A DNA stretch of 64,000 nt from Octopus vulgaris (lineage: Eukaryota). Positions 12,724 to 24,993 of this stretch are shown in pieces (position 1 is the first letter of the stretch; every line of letters begins with the position of its first letter). Location of the stretch: contig OX597818.1 of the NCBI GenBank assembly GCA_951406725.2, positions 107,942,001 through 108,006,000 of the forward strand, in the 5' to 3' direction. Below the pieces are notes generated by a model. The model saw only the letters and a list, made by a program, of their open reading frames with translations, did not search any database and had not been told where the DNA came from. The position numbers and the translations under genes are program-made.

Positions 12724-13309
12724 CCCTCATCAAACAGACCCTTGATTAAAAGAGGTTCTAGCCATGACATTTTCATTTTTGGTGGATATTTTGAAATACA
12801 TTACTTTTAGCAGGAATACTTGGCAGTCCCAAAATACTTAGGAATCTCACCAGTTTGCTGAGGTCCAACAATCAGGTAATCAATGGCAATTGGCTGATCT
12901 AACCCCTGGCAGAAATCATTGTATCAGCAGAAAAACAATTTGCTTAATTATTGAAGACATCACTAAGAAAACTGACCATTCAAACATCTGGGAAACAGGA
13001 TCTTATCAGGAAGTTGCCTTTTCTCGCCTCTTTTTCTTGGACAGACACAAACTATAGATAGAATTTTGTTGTTTTCTTTGGCCACTAGCAAGTAATGGGA
13101 CATACACTTGTCATGCTGCTGGACAGTCCCCTTGTGTTCCTTTTCCAGTGATGAAATTTTATTCCAATGTAAATATCTTTTCTGTTGTTCCTAGTAACAA
13201 TAATATATAATTGTTATCGATAAAAACAAATATTTTTGTAGTTAAAATCTAAACAGGATTTATGTTCTTTCCATTGACTTCAACTCAGCCGAGAAATCAC
13301 ACAGTTCAT

Positions 13310-13545
13310 TACCATCATCATCAGCATCATCATCTTTTAATGTCCTCCTTCCATGTTGGCATGGGTTGGATGGTTTGACAGGAGCTGCTCTAGCAGAAGA
13401 CTGCACCAGATTTCTGTGTCTGTTTTGGCATGATTTTTATGGCTGGATGCCCTTCCTGATACCATCCACCCCACAGAGCAGGCTGAGTACTTTTTACAGG
13501 TCAGTTTTGGCATGGTTTGTTTTACAGCTGGATGCCTTTCTAAAT
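13310..13545 (-). mobile_element. SINE family B with internal duplication of the core
   Basis: (CAT)n tail, CCATGTTGGCATGGGTTGG, and two GCTGGATGCC cores. Confidence 0.8.
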
Positions 13546-14023
13546 GAGGCATTCGGCTGTAAATTATTGTTACCAGAAATCAGAAATATTTTATCATTAC
13601 AACCGAATGTTTGTCTTCATTTTTAAAGACGATAGACTGTGATCTGAGGAAGATCTGGCTGTTATTTCATGTAAGAACACCTTCATGGCTTGTCTACTTT
13701 GTGTATTTACAATGGAAGATTCTAGCCGAGCACCAACTGCATCATATTTCAATCGAGGAAAGATCTGTGAAAAACCGTGGACAATGACTTTTCTATTTGG
13801 ACAAGTTAATAAAAGCAAACATTTACAACAATGACTGTCGCACTGTATGGAAGAATTGGTAGAGTGCCAAGCAAATAACTGCTTTATTTAGTTCCGTCTC
13901 TCTTCATTCTGTGTTCAAATCCTATTTGGAGTAGATGTCCTAAGATTATGCACAAATTCAGTAATGAGGCCAGTTCTATTGATTACACCCACTTCATGTC
14001 TATTTGAGAAATAATTATAACAA

Positions 14024-14161
14024 ATTATTTACATTATTTACATTTGTCCTCATCTTGTTTGTTGTTAATACAACGTTTTGGCTGATATACCCTCCAGCTT
14101 TCATCAGGTGTCTTGGAGAAATTTTGAACCTGGGTTCTCATTCCTAAGGTATTTTTCGATG

Positions 14162-14192
<31 letters not shown>

Positions 14193-14372
14193 CATTATTA
14201 TTATTGTTATTATTATTATTGTTATTATTCAGGTCACTGCTTGGAATTGAACTCGGAATCTTGGGGTTAGTAGCTTGTGATCTTAACCACTATGCCATAT
14301 GCCTGTGGGCATATCCATCAAATGTAAATAATGTGCATAATTCCTCATGTCATAAATATAGAACTGTATTAT
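14024..14372 (-). mobile_element. Composite element: tRNA-like head + (AAT)n + hammerhead-containing body, copy 1
   Basis: Minus strand: GGCATATGGCATAGTGGTTAAG (A box)...GAGTTCAATTCC (B box), (AAT)n, then a body homologous to 18803-18955. The terminal motif AAATGTAAATAATGT occurs inverted at 14031-14045 and 14320-14334. Confidence 0.8.
14067..14112 (-). ncRNA. Minimal type I hammerhead, GAAA mutated to AAAA
   Basis: Minus strand: gacac CTGATGA a agctg gagggtatat cagcc AAAA CG TT gtatt. Confidence 0.7.
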
Positions 14373-14791
14373 AACAGAGTTTACATTTCTCAGAACATAC
14401 TCTCTTTCCATCACATTCCACTTAGACACACCTAATAAATCCAATTCTTTTCTTTCCAGAATTTTTTACTCTCTATCACTCATTTTAGCACCAAATTAGT
14501 CACTTAGGAATGTGTTCTTTTGAACCAAGCTTTGAAGGAGGTTCATGCTTTTCCCAACAGTTTTAGTTGTGCAAAAATGGATGTTAGATTCAAGTGGAAT
14601 CGAAATCATTTTTCTAGTCTCTGTACCAAAGGCTGTTTGACCAATACTTTTCAGTGCTCATGAAGAAAAAAAAATCAAAGTGAAGGAGCCTCTATGTGGT
14701 AATTCAACTTCCTAGAAATTTCAGCTAGATCTTTCTCTCAAATTAAACCTTTTTCTATTAAATTTAAATATTTAGGGCACACTGGATAATG

Positions 14792-15254
14792 CAGCATTTC
14801 TCAACCAGAATCCTAGGGTTCTGCAAAAAGTTCCTAGGGGTTCCGCAAGAAAGAGTGAGATAAGCTAATACTTATTTGATGATATATAATTATATATATA
14901 TATGATGATGATGATGATGATATATATATGGGAAAAAAAATCAAGATAGAAAATGCTAAAATAATTCATTAAAAGTCATTTCAGTATCGGTTTCAATCAT
15001 TGAGACTTTTTCAACTGTAATAATTAAACAATTAAATTTTAAAAAATTAAAAGAGAAATTTTTTTAAAGAATATTTGTATAAAGTATATATATATATATA
15101 TATTATATATATATATATATATGATATTTACAACTACGGTGCAAAAAATATGAGAAAGATATTATATATAATTGTTTTTTTTTGTGCAGGGATTCCTTGA
15201 TACATGCATTTTATTTTAGGGGTTGCACAAGGGTAAAAAGATTGAGAAACGCTG
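14792..15254. mobile_element. hAT-type MITE
   Basis: TIRs CAGCATTTCTCAA / TTGAGAAACGCTG; 8-bp TSD GGATAATG (14784-14791) / GGGTAATG (15255-15262). Confidence 0.85.
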
Positions 15255-16130
15255 GGGTAATGTATTTTCAGATACACTGTTTGAATAGAAGCTGCAGTAT
15301 TTTACTGTAAGAGTTTGATGACAGACAAGTCTACTCCCTCATTACAGACCTGGGCTTAAATAACATAACAGATAATCAAACTAATACAAGAGCCTCCACA
15401 GAGCCACTCACTCTACTAGAAATAGCAAGTAAATTTTCCACAACAACAGCAAAAAGAAGTACAAGTTAGAAAAGTACCCTGTGACTGAAAATAAGATTCA
15501 ATGTTTACAGCTGGAAGACTTTTTGCATGATGTGAGGGAGATAATGATGGTTATTTGTAGCAAACTGAGAAGCTGCATAGAGGACCACGGAATGGTTAAA
15601 TTTATGGTTCTGTTTATTGATTTATCAAACCAAGATATTTCCCTCAATATAAAAAAAAAATTAATTTACAGAAATCAAATTGTTGTCCTTAAAACATCTT
15701 CTGTCATCTCCATTATTGCAGGTTATTTCATTGCAAGTGATATCATTATCTCTTTTGGTATTGCTTCCATTCCAGTAAATGGTAGAGGGGAGGCTGGGGG
15801 AGCTGCCTATACTTGACACATTACATTGAGGGGAAACTTCCCAAACTGTCCTGTTTACTCATAACACACTGCTTCTTCTTTATTTCCCTGGAGGAACAAA
15901 TTGAATGTCCATATATCTTCCAGGTCTTATATAGACTGGGGGAGGCAAATAATTGGATGAAATTAATAAAATTAGCGGTTAAATGGGTGTGTGCTTGGAT
16001 GTAAAACATTGGCATTATGATAGTTTCCAGGTTGCTGTTGCTTAGCATTTGGTTAGCCTGATTGAGCTGCGCTCAAAGGCATTCCAACCATGGTTATCCA
16101 GTTTAATTTCTCTTTCTTTTTTCATGGATA

Positions 16131-16374
16131 GGCACAGGTATGGCTGTGTGGTAAGAAGCTTGCTTCCTAACCACATCGTTCTAGGTTCAATCCCACTGTG
16201 TGGGCACCTTGGGCATATTTAACTATAGCCTTGGCCCAACCAAAGCATTTGGTAAGTGGATTTGGTAGAAGGAAACTGAAAGGAGCCTGCCACATATGTG
16301 TGCGTGTGTGAATTTGTGAGTGTTCGTGTGTGCATGTGTGTGTGTGTGTCCATGTGTCCATCTGTGTTTTTGTT

Positions 16375-16414
<40 letters not shown>

Positions 16415-16725
16415 TATGAATTTGTCTGTGTGTTTGTGCATTTGTGTGTGTGTGTATGCGTGTGTGTATGCGTGTGTGTATTTATGTGTTTGTGTGTTTG
16501 TGTGTGAGTGTGTGTATTTTTGTATTTGACTCCCACCCCTGCTTGAAAAACTAGCATTAGTGTCTTTACAACCCCATAACTTAGCAGTGTAGCAAAAGAG
16601 GTTGATGGAATAAATGCCAGGCTTAAAAACAATAAATAGAGGGGTCAATTCATTCAACAAAGGAGCTTGTCAAGGTGCTGCCCCAGCATGGCCACAGTCT
16701 AATGACTAAAGCAAAAATGAAAAGA
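16131..16725 (+). mobile_element. SINE family A with expanded internal (TG)n
   Basis: Same head, body and tail as 12293-12723. Confidence 0.85.
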
Positions 16726-16780
16726 CAACAGTGCATCAAGACCTTCATTATTTAGTCTTCTGCATCTTTTTTTTTTCTAT

Positions 16781-17175
16781 GGTGCAGGAGTGGCTGTGTG
16801 GTAAGTAGCTTGCTTACCAACCACATGGTTCTGGGTTCAGTCCCACTGCATGGCACCTTGGGCAAGAGTCTTCTACTATAGCCTTGGGCCGACCAAAGCC
16901 TTGTGAGTAGATTTAGTAGACAGAAACTGAAAGAAGTCCATCGTATATATATATATGTGTGTGTGTCTGCGTTTGTCTCCCCAACATCTCTTGACAACCA
17001 ATGCTGGTGCATTCACATTCCCGTAACTTAGCGGTTCAGCAAAAAAGACTGATAGAATAAGTACCAGGCTTTCAAAGAATAAGCCCTGGTGTCAATTTGC
17101 TCGACTAAAGGCAGTGCTCCAGCATGGCCGCAGTCAAATGACTGAAAGAAGTAAAAAGAAAAAAAAGTAAAAGAG
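16781..17175 (+). mobile_element. SINE family A, full length
   Basis: Head GGTGCAGGAGTGGCTGTGTGGTAAG through tail CCAGCATGGCCGCAGTCAAATGACTGAAAGAAGTAAAA. Confidence 0.9.
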
Positions 17176-17529
17176 CAAATGGCAGAGCATGACTTCTGAC
17201 TGTTCTAGTGATCAAATAGAAGCTCTTGATTGAGTCAACAGTCTTACTCGTTAGAGACGTTCCTGAATGAGTGGAGGTAATGTATGCAGGCAGAAATGGC
17301 CATAAACTTCATCGAGACAAATTTATTATTCATTTTCAAACAAATGACCTTTGTGTATTCATCAAAAATACTTGCTTTAATCTCAGCTGGGATATTAGTT
17401 ACTAGACCTCAAAGAGTATTATTCAATTCGTTTCATATAAATTTCTGAATTTTCTATTTGGGTTTAAAATTAACTAATTAAAACATATACATCTTCAGCA
17501 CATTTCTATACTATAATCTCCATAGAGAA

Positions 17530-17736
<207 letters not shown>

Positions 17737-18106
17737 GGTATACACAATCAAAGCAATATAATTAAAATAGCCATCTATGTATCATACTTAATCTATACAC
17801 ACAGTCAATGGGCCAGTTACTGCAGTATTTGCTTTGAGGTAACGCTTCTTATGGATTAGCTGTGTTAGAAATACAATAAATATCAGAAAGAGATATCAAT
17901 TTGCCCCTGCTATGGCCAGCAGGAGCACCAGGGGAATTTTTCCATTTTTGGACATTTTCAGTGCAGTGTGCTTACAGCCAGCCACATTTTCAAAGGAGAA
18001 TTCTTCATGTCTGATACAGGAAAGAGTGAATAAGATATTCACTGGTGTTGCAAATAACTGCCTGGCCAATTTTAGGAAAGTTATGAGGAAGCAAACTCAT
18101 TGGTAA

Positions 18107-18282
18107 CATCATCATCATCATCTTTTAGCGTCCATTTTCCATCCTTGCACACCTCTTATGCCCAGCTTTTCTCTCAGGATGCTTACATTCTGTTGTGCAT
18201 GCACATTAACAATGCCCATCCAGCAAAGTATAGTAGCTTCATTTCTTTCAAGCCTACACACGTCCTCAGTGGGCACAGTCCC
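18107..18282 (-). mobile_element. RTE LINE fragment with (CAT)n tail
   Basis: Minus strand EDVCRLERNEATILCWMGIVNVHAQQNVSILREKLGIRG; the same region as 26830-26883. Confidence 0.7.
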
Positions 18283-18294
18283 TACTTAAGAGTG

Positions 18295-18413
18295 TTTAAG
18301 AGTGCGGGCTACTAACCCCAAGATTCCGAGTTCGATTCCAAGCAGTGACCTGAACAATAATAATAATAATAATGATAATAATAGTAATAATAATAATAAT
18401 AATAATGATAATA

Positions 18414-18479
<66 letters not shown>

Positions 18480-18707
18480 CATACGTATTGAGAAGAGCAT
18501 TGTCGATGTGAGAACTATTACTACCCATGTATTTTAATTTAACTTTAAAAAAAAAAAATGAACGAACTAGTGAGTTTAGTTTAATGGCCTACCAATGTAT
18601 ACTATGAGTTTCTTTGCCCTATGAGTCGGGAAGACATTCAGCAAGAAATGGAAGCAAATTTGAAAGAAGAGAAAAAAAAAAAAATAATAATAATAATAAT
18701 AATAATC

Positions 18708-18795
<88 letters not shown>

Positions 18796-18955
18796 CAATA
18801 ATAACATCAAAAAATACCTTAGGAATGAGAGCCCAGGTTCGAAATTTCCCCAAGACACCTGATGAAGGCTGGAGGGTATATTAACTGAAATGTTGTGTTA
18901 ACAACAAACAAGATGAGGACAAATATCTGTCAAATGTAAATAATGTAAATAATAT
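18295..18955 (+). mobile_element. Composite tRNA head + (AAT)n + hammerhead element, copy 2 (unrelated approx. 200-bp segment at 18478-18682)
   Basis: GCGGGCTACTAACCCCAAGATTCCGAGTTCGATTCCAAGCAGTGACC, then (AAT)n, then CATCAAAAAATACCTTAGGAATGAGA...ACACCTGATGAAGGCTGG...GAAATGTTGTGTT; homologous to 14024-14372. Confidence 0.8.
18854..18899 (+). ncRNA. Minimal type I hammerhead, partly decayed
   Basis: Stem I gacac/gtgtt; CTGATGA 18859-18865; GAAA 18887-18890; TG TT (CG TT in copy 1). Confidence 0.7.
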
Positions 18956-18959
18956 ACAA

Positions 18960-19095
18960 CCCCTACTTGTTCCCAAAATTCATCACTATACTCATTGCTA
19001 ACCTTTACCTTACTGACAGCATCCCTGTAAATGGCTTGTACAGCTCTCACCAACCACTCATCTGCCCTTATTTTCCGTCTTGACCACCAGATCAC
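18960..19095 (-). mobile_element. RTE LINE reverse transcriptase fragment
   Basis: IWWSRRKIRADEWLVRAVQAIYRDAVSKVKVSNEYSDEFWEQVG. Confidence 0.8.
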
Positions 19096-19112
19096 ACAAA
19101 TAAAAATACAAG

Positions 19113-19161
<49 letters not shown>

Positions 19162-19188
19162 ATACACACACACACATGTATGCATATA

Positions 19189-19464
19189 TACTGTGGAACC
19201 TTAGTTTATGAATTTAATTCATTCCTGAAGGCTGTTCTCCTGTGGGAAATTCAAGAGAAGGCACAATGAATTCAAGCAAGGATGTGCATTGAGAAAAGCT
19301 AAACACTAACTGCCACTCTTTCACTAATCCACCCATCTTGTTCCCAACCTGTGAGTCCATTACTCAGGCCATTATTCATCAACCAACAGGTTTTATGTTG
19401 GGAAAATTCTATGTAAACTGATTTGTTTGTGATGAGAGGGTTCCGTAAACCATATTTCCATAGT
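19189..19464. mobile_element. pogo/Tigger-like MITE, diverged
   Basis: Imperfect TIRs TACTGTGGAACCTTAGTTTATGAA / TCCGTAAACCATATTTCCATAGTG. Confidence 0.5.
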
Positions 19465-19717
19465 GTGTGTGTGTGTGTGCGTGTGTCAATTAAATGTAAG
19501 GATGAAATCTATATACGGTTTTATTGAGTAGCCAGCATGTGAAACCAATTAAGGTAAAAAGTTAATGCCAAGTATATAATTTTTTTAAATACATTATTAC
19601 ATTAAGGGCTGTTGCTATAAGTAAGCACATGTGTATCTTTTGATAAAGTAGTTTGACTTTAGCATCTCTTTCCAGCATGTGGCTTTACTTATAGTAACAT
19701 CCCTTAATGTAATAATT

Positions 19718-19731
19718 ACATATATATAGCC

Positions 19732-19762
<31 letters not shown>

Positions 19763-19899
19763 TACATATATAGACACATATACACACATATATACATACA
19801 TATATATATATGTATATATATACATATATACATATACACACATATATAAACATATATACATATATCTATACATATATACACATATATACATATATATAT

Positions 19900-19945
<46 letters not shown>

Positions 19946-19980
19946 GCACACACACATATACATCCATTTATACATCTGTG

Positions 19981-20011
<31 letters not shown>
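19718..20011. repeat. (TA)/(CA)/(TG) compound microsatellite
   Basis: Directly visible. Confidence 0.95.
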
Positions 20012-20283
20012 TAAACATAGATATATCAATATAGATACATATGCAAATAATATCATTGGATGTACTGAATTAATATAGCTTCATAAGTTTAGCATTTCAT
20101 TTGTTTATTCTTTTTAAAAGTGATCTATGTACAGAATTAAACTCCAAAATATTTAAGAATTCCATTATTAAAATATTGCGAAGTTAATCTACAGGAAGAA
20201 TATTGCTTATTACATTATCATATTAATAATTATATTGATTTAAATATCTCGAAAAGAATTCACACATATATATGCATATATAT

Positions 20284-20460
20284 ATGGTGGTGAGGATGGT
20301 GGTGGTGGTGAGAATGTGGTGGTGGTGGTGAGGATGGTGGTGGTGGTGAGGATGGTGGTGCTGGTGGTGGTGGTGAGGATGGTGGTGCTGGTGGTGGTGC
20401 TGGTGGTGGCGGTAGTGTTAGTGCTGGTGGTGGTGGTGCTGGTGCTGGTGGGGGTGGTGA
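20284..20460 (+). repeat. (GGT)n-based trinucleotide array with GCT/GAG/GAT variants
   Basis: Directly visible; source of the poly-Pro pseudo-ORF. Confidence 0.95.
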
Positions 20461-21350
20461 ATCTTTTACTGAAAGTTGTTTAGGAGACATCACTATAAGT
20501 CACCCAAATCGACACCCCAGCAGCACCTGAGAAGCCCGAGCATACAGAGGTGAAACAAAATACTGCCAAATATTTTCTTTGTTGCTCAAACAATTCTCCA
20601 AATCCACCAGCAGAGTCACCAGAAAGAATCTTTCTGTCTTTCAGTCGATGAAATATCATTAAAAAATAAATTAATGAAATAGATAAAAGTATAAAGATAT
20701 ACTATATAAAAAAATAAGTAAAAGAAAAAGCTAAATTAATTTCCTGATTGTTTAAAAATTCTTGTCCAGCATCTCTATTATAATTAATTATATATAATAT
20801 TCATTTATATATAGCACATAATTAATTATATATAATATTCAATATATCTTTATTAATGATCAAAGTTCTAAATGAGAATAGATACATATGGATAAATAGA
20901 AAACTAATAATTTTTTTGAGGTTATTAATAGCAGCACAAATATTTATTAATTAGGGATAGTAAATGAGAGAATCGGTAGAGTGCTGGACAAGATGCTTTG
21001 TGGTGTTTAAAATACATATTAAAACTCACCTGTCTTAAATTGGCCTTTCATCCACCTGAGGCTGAAAATTAACTGAATGGATGTGTAGAGGTGAACTAAT
21101 GAAGTGTGTTGAAGGTGAAAATCTGGAAACAAATGCCATTATTTGGGCAACAAAATTGTTAGAAAACTGGACAGAATGGCTTGCAGTGTTCATTTAGTCT
21201 TTTAATTTCCAAGTTCCTAAACTGCTGAGGTTGACTTTTATCATTTGAACCAAATTAAGATAAGTACCAATATTTCTAGCCTTGTGCTCAGCTAAGACAT
21301 TTTTATTCTTGTTGTGCTTCCAGTTTTATATCCTGTAGAGTCAAGCTTAA

Positions 21351-21551
21351 CCCTTTCATTATTGTATTTCTGTTGAGATGCTCTGTGTTTCTTTCAATTA
21401 ATTATAAATATAACAAAGAACTTAGTAAAATAGCTTCGTTATCATTAAGCTAGTGTTAGGAGCATAAATTGTGACTAAGGTTTCCTGGAAGAATTTAATT
21501 CAAAACTTATGAAAACAAGAGCTGGTTTCAGCCAGGTTGGTAATGAAAGGG
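21351..21551. mobile_element. piggyBac-type MITE (201 bp)
   Basis: TTAA TSD at 21347-21350 and 21552-21555; TIRs CCCTTTCATTA / TAATGAAAGGG. Confidence 0.85.
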
Positions 21552-21599
21552 TTAAACTCTGAATATGTGTCACTATAGAGATGCTCACTACACTTGATT

Positions 21600-23840
21600 G
21601 GCAGAACTCTCTGATTGCAGCAGGACAATCTTCTACAGAAACACAATGGCTACGTTATGCAAGTGGAAATGTTCGATCCTTTCCAGCATCAAATATCCAA
21701 AGGCAATATGGTTGATAGTTTCTTCCTATCTTCTGTAGATCTTTCATTGTGAACCTTTGTCTTCCGTCCTTGATGATGTGACACTGATAGAATCTGATTG
21801 CAACACTCTACTCTTCTACTATGGTTACCATGCTTTCTCTTCTTCTTTGCAACTGACGTATCCAGTGAGTCCACATTTTGGAGCAGGTCTGCTTCTAATG
21901 TCCTTCTTTGTCCTTCCAAGTTTTCTGCAGTTGAAGCTGGTCATTATGCATAGCCTTCTGCTTTGCTTGTTGGACATAATTTGTCATCAGCTTGGAGTTT
22001 GGAGAAGTGGGTTATTTGTTTTGTCAAGTAATCATCCATACAACTAGTAGTACTCTGGAGAGTTACTCTGAGTCAATACAGACTTAACTTCCTGAAGCTT
22101 TTGAAAGGTGCAGTCTACAGGCATCTGTGTTTATGAGGTGCACCTTGGTCAGAATCATTCTTGTCTCAGTGATGTGTCTCTTGGTGTTGTTCAGTTTCCA
22201 GTTAACGATGTTGGACCTGATGTTATAAAGAGTATTCTTAGGATGTTAAGAACCTCAAAGCTGTTCCCCATTTTGAACTTGATCCAAAATGAGTACTCAC
22301 CATTTGTACTCTTTCCAGATGTTTTCCTTCATGGCAGATTATTGCAAGCCACTTTTATTCTTCACTCCCAAGATGTGCCCTCTTGATCTAAATCCTTGAT
22401 CATATCTCTTACCAAGAACTTGGTTTGTAATCTTGATTATTTTAACTTTCTTTAAGATGGTGCACATGTTAATTCTAAACTCTAGTTTGATATTGTCATT
22501 GAAAGATTGAAAACAATGATGGAGAGAAGATCTTTCTGTTGAATGTTGCCTTTAATATATGTATTAGCGTCGCCTTACTGGCACTTGTGCCCGTGCTAGT
22601 AGGGCGTCAAGAGTACCATCATTGCCTTATTGGCACCTGTGATGGTGGCATGTGTAAAAAGATTCGAGCGAGGTCATTGCCAGTACTGCCTGAGTGGCCC
22701 CCATGCCAGTGGCACCTAAAAAGCACCCACTACACTCTCGGAGTGGTTGGCGTTAGGAAGGGCATCCAGCTGTAGAAACTCTGCCAGATCAAGGTTGGAG
22801 CCTGGTGCAGCCATCTGGTTCGCCAACCCTCAGTCAAATCGTCCAACCCATGCTAGCATGGAAAGCGGATGTTAAATGCTGGTGATGATGATGATGTTAT
22901 TATTAAAGAACAGCTGGTTCCATTTGTCATTTTGTGTAAAGGTAGATGAGTAATTAGTGGTGCAGGTGAAAAACAGAAGGGAGCAAGTACAGGATTCAGA
23001 GCATTTATTTGGATTCTTGAAGGGTCACAATAGGCAGACACCACTCATGCTTATATCTTATTGATCTTGAAGACAGCAGCATGTTCTTCATGATGTTCAT
23101 GCCTAACCATTTCCAGTTCTTTATATATTTGTGTTAGTCTTGTAATTGTTGAATCCATGTAACATTTTTCTTTTCTTCTTCCCCAAATCTTACACCTCAA
23201 TTCCTTGACTTCCTCAAAAGTGTTTGGCTGGTTCATTGACAGTTATTTTCTTGCTTAATTCACAACAGAATTTCTTTGTATCTTTTTAGACAATCTCGTT
23301 TATGCCTGAAGATATTATTTCTCTTTGAGAAATTCCTATTCTCTATACTTTTGCTTCAATCTTGTTACCTTAATGTCTCTTTCTGTCTGATATTGAATTT
23401 TTATTCCATTTTTTTCCTTTCCCTCTTTTTGATGTTGCTCTCTTCTTCGATTTCCTTTACCAATGATTGTTGTTCTCACCCTCACCAAGAATCTCCTCTG
23501 TTGTTTCCTTCCAATCTGCTTGTTTTCTTTTCCGTTGTTGACTTGGTATTTCTCCCATACTTATGAGCGCTGAAATGGTTACATACAGAAGCCAATTTAT
23601 TTCTGTTAAGTTCAAAGCTCTTTCATTTCATTCTTGATGATTTGAACAGATTCTTTAGCCAGTATAACGACACCTTTAGAACGGTGGTCTTTCTTCATCT
23701 TTGAGATTACCGATCTTTCTTTGATAGCCATTTTTTTTAGGATTTTCATTCTGTTTCTGGGTATAAGTTGTCCTCTCTGCTGTTTTCTCATTGCTGCCAT
23801 CTTCATTGCCTTCCTCTTCTTAGTTGTGTACTTCTGGACA
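21600..23840 (-). mobile_element. Decayed R4/Dong-like non-LTR retrotransposon remnant, interrupted by a family B SINE
   Basis: Minus strand: PNTFEEVKELRCKIWG (cf. P..EEV..FW..IW), FNDNIKLEFRINMCTIL (cf. FS.DI.MEFG..KC), an HP.A..RLYL-like segment near 22100-22130, and EGMVTIVEE*SVAIRFYQCHIIKDG followed by a decayed Zn-knuckle region. Confidence 0.6.
22563..22897 (+). mobile_element. SINE family B (RTE-related, (GAT)n tail)
   Basis: GGAGTGGTTGGCGTTAGGAAGGGCATCCAGCTGTAGAAACTCTGCCAG core and CCCATGCTAGCATGGAAAGCGGATGTTAAA(TGA)n tail; near-identical to 51680-51857. Confidence 0.9.
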
Positions 23841-23842
23841 AT

Positions 23843-23927
23843 CAGAGATGATGGTACCTATATTTTATCACTAGAGATGGTGGTACCTCTATTTTATCAC
23901 TAGAGATGGCAGTACCTCTATTCTATC
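23843..23927 (+). repeat. Three tandem copies of a 29-bp unit
   Basis: CTAGAGATGGTGGTACCTCTATTTTATCA x3 with variants. Confidence 0.85.
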
Positions 23928-24255
23928 CCTTTCTGGACCTCACTCTTTTTATAGTTGTTGTTGGTGGTGGTAGCAGCAGCAGCTGTAGTGGCAGTGGTGG
24001 TGGTGGTGGTGATGGTAGTGGCACCATTATCATCATTATTGTTATTTCTAAATGAGTGATTGACGAAAGAACTAGTAGAACACTTCATTAAATGCCTTGT
24101 AATTTTCACTTATATTCCTTGATGTTCTGAGTTAGTACAAATCCTGCAAAAATTCACATTACCTTTCTGCCTTCTGGGATTAACATTACTAGGCACTGAA
24201 ACTCTAAACTTGCAACAAATATATATTAAAAAAAAACCATCATTTTCTACTGAAA

Positions 24256-24560
24256 CATCATCCTCATCATCATCCTCATCATCATAATCTTCGTTTAACG
24301 TCCGCTTTCCATGCTAGCATGGGTTGGACAGTTTGACTGAAGACTGGAGAGCCAGAAGGCTGCACTAGGTTCCAATCTGATATGGCAAGGTTTCTACAGC
24401 TGGATGCTCTTCCTAACGCCAACCACTCTAAGAGTGAGTGGATGCTTTTTACATGCCACTGGCATGGGAGCCAGTCAGGGGGTTACTGGCATTAACCACG
24501 TTTGGATGGCACTTTTTACATGCCATCAGCACAGGAGCCAGTCAGGGAGTACTGGCCACA
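24256..24560 (-). mobile_element. SINE family B
   Basis: (CAT)n CGTTTAACGTCCGCTTTCCATGCTAGCATGGG...CTACAGCTGGATGC. Confidence 0.85.
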
Positions 24561-24639
24561 CCTACGATACAGTTATATTTATCAATGGCATCAACAATAC
24601 ATACATGCACACATATACACTCATGCACACAAGCATACA

Positions 24640-24675
<36 letters not shown>

Positions 24676-24677
<2 letters not shown>

Positions 24678-24835
24678 AGTGGCTGTGTGGTAAGGTGCTT
24701 GGTTCCCAACCACATGGTTTCCTGGTTCAGTCCGCTTCATGGGACCTTGAGTAAGTGTCTTCTACTGTACCTTTGAGCCAACCAAAGCCTTGTGAGTGGA
24801 TTTGGTAGATGGAAACTGAAAGAAGCCTGTTGTAA
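24676..24835 (+). mobile_element. SINE family A 5' half, followed by (GA)n to about 24990
   Basis: Matches the family A head and body. Confidence 0.8.
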
Positions 24836-24860
24836 ATATATATATACATATAGAGAGAGA

Positions 24861-24940
<80 letters not shown>

Positions 24941-24951
24941 GAGAGAGTGTG

Positions 24952-24993
<42 letters not shown>

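Noticed and set aside
18295-18352. Possible tRNA gene (also 14232-14302 and other SINE heads)
   Set aside because: The acceptor stem does not pair properly and the sequence runs into repeat bodies; treated as SINE heads.
20260-20493. Proline-rich extensin/formin-like ORF
   Set aside because: Product of the (GGT)n microsatellite flanked by TA repeats.
23843-23927. 29-bp repeats superficially like a CRISPR array
   Set aside because: No spacers, eukaryotic context and no cas genes; a simple tandem triplication.
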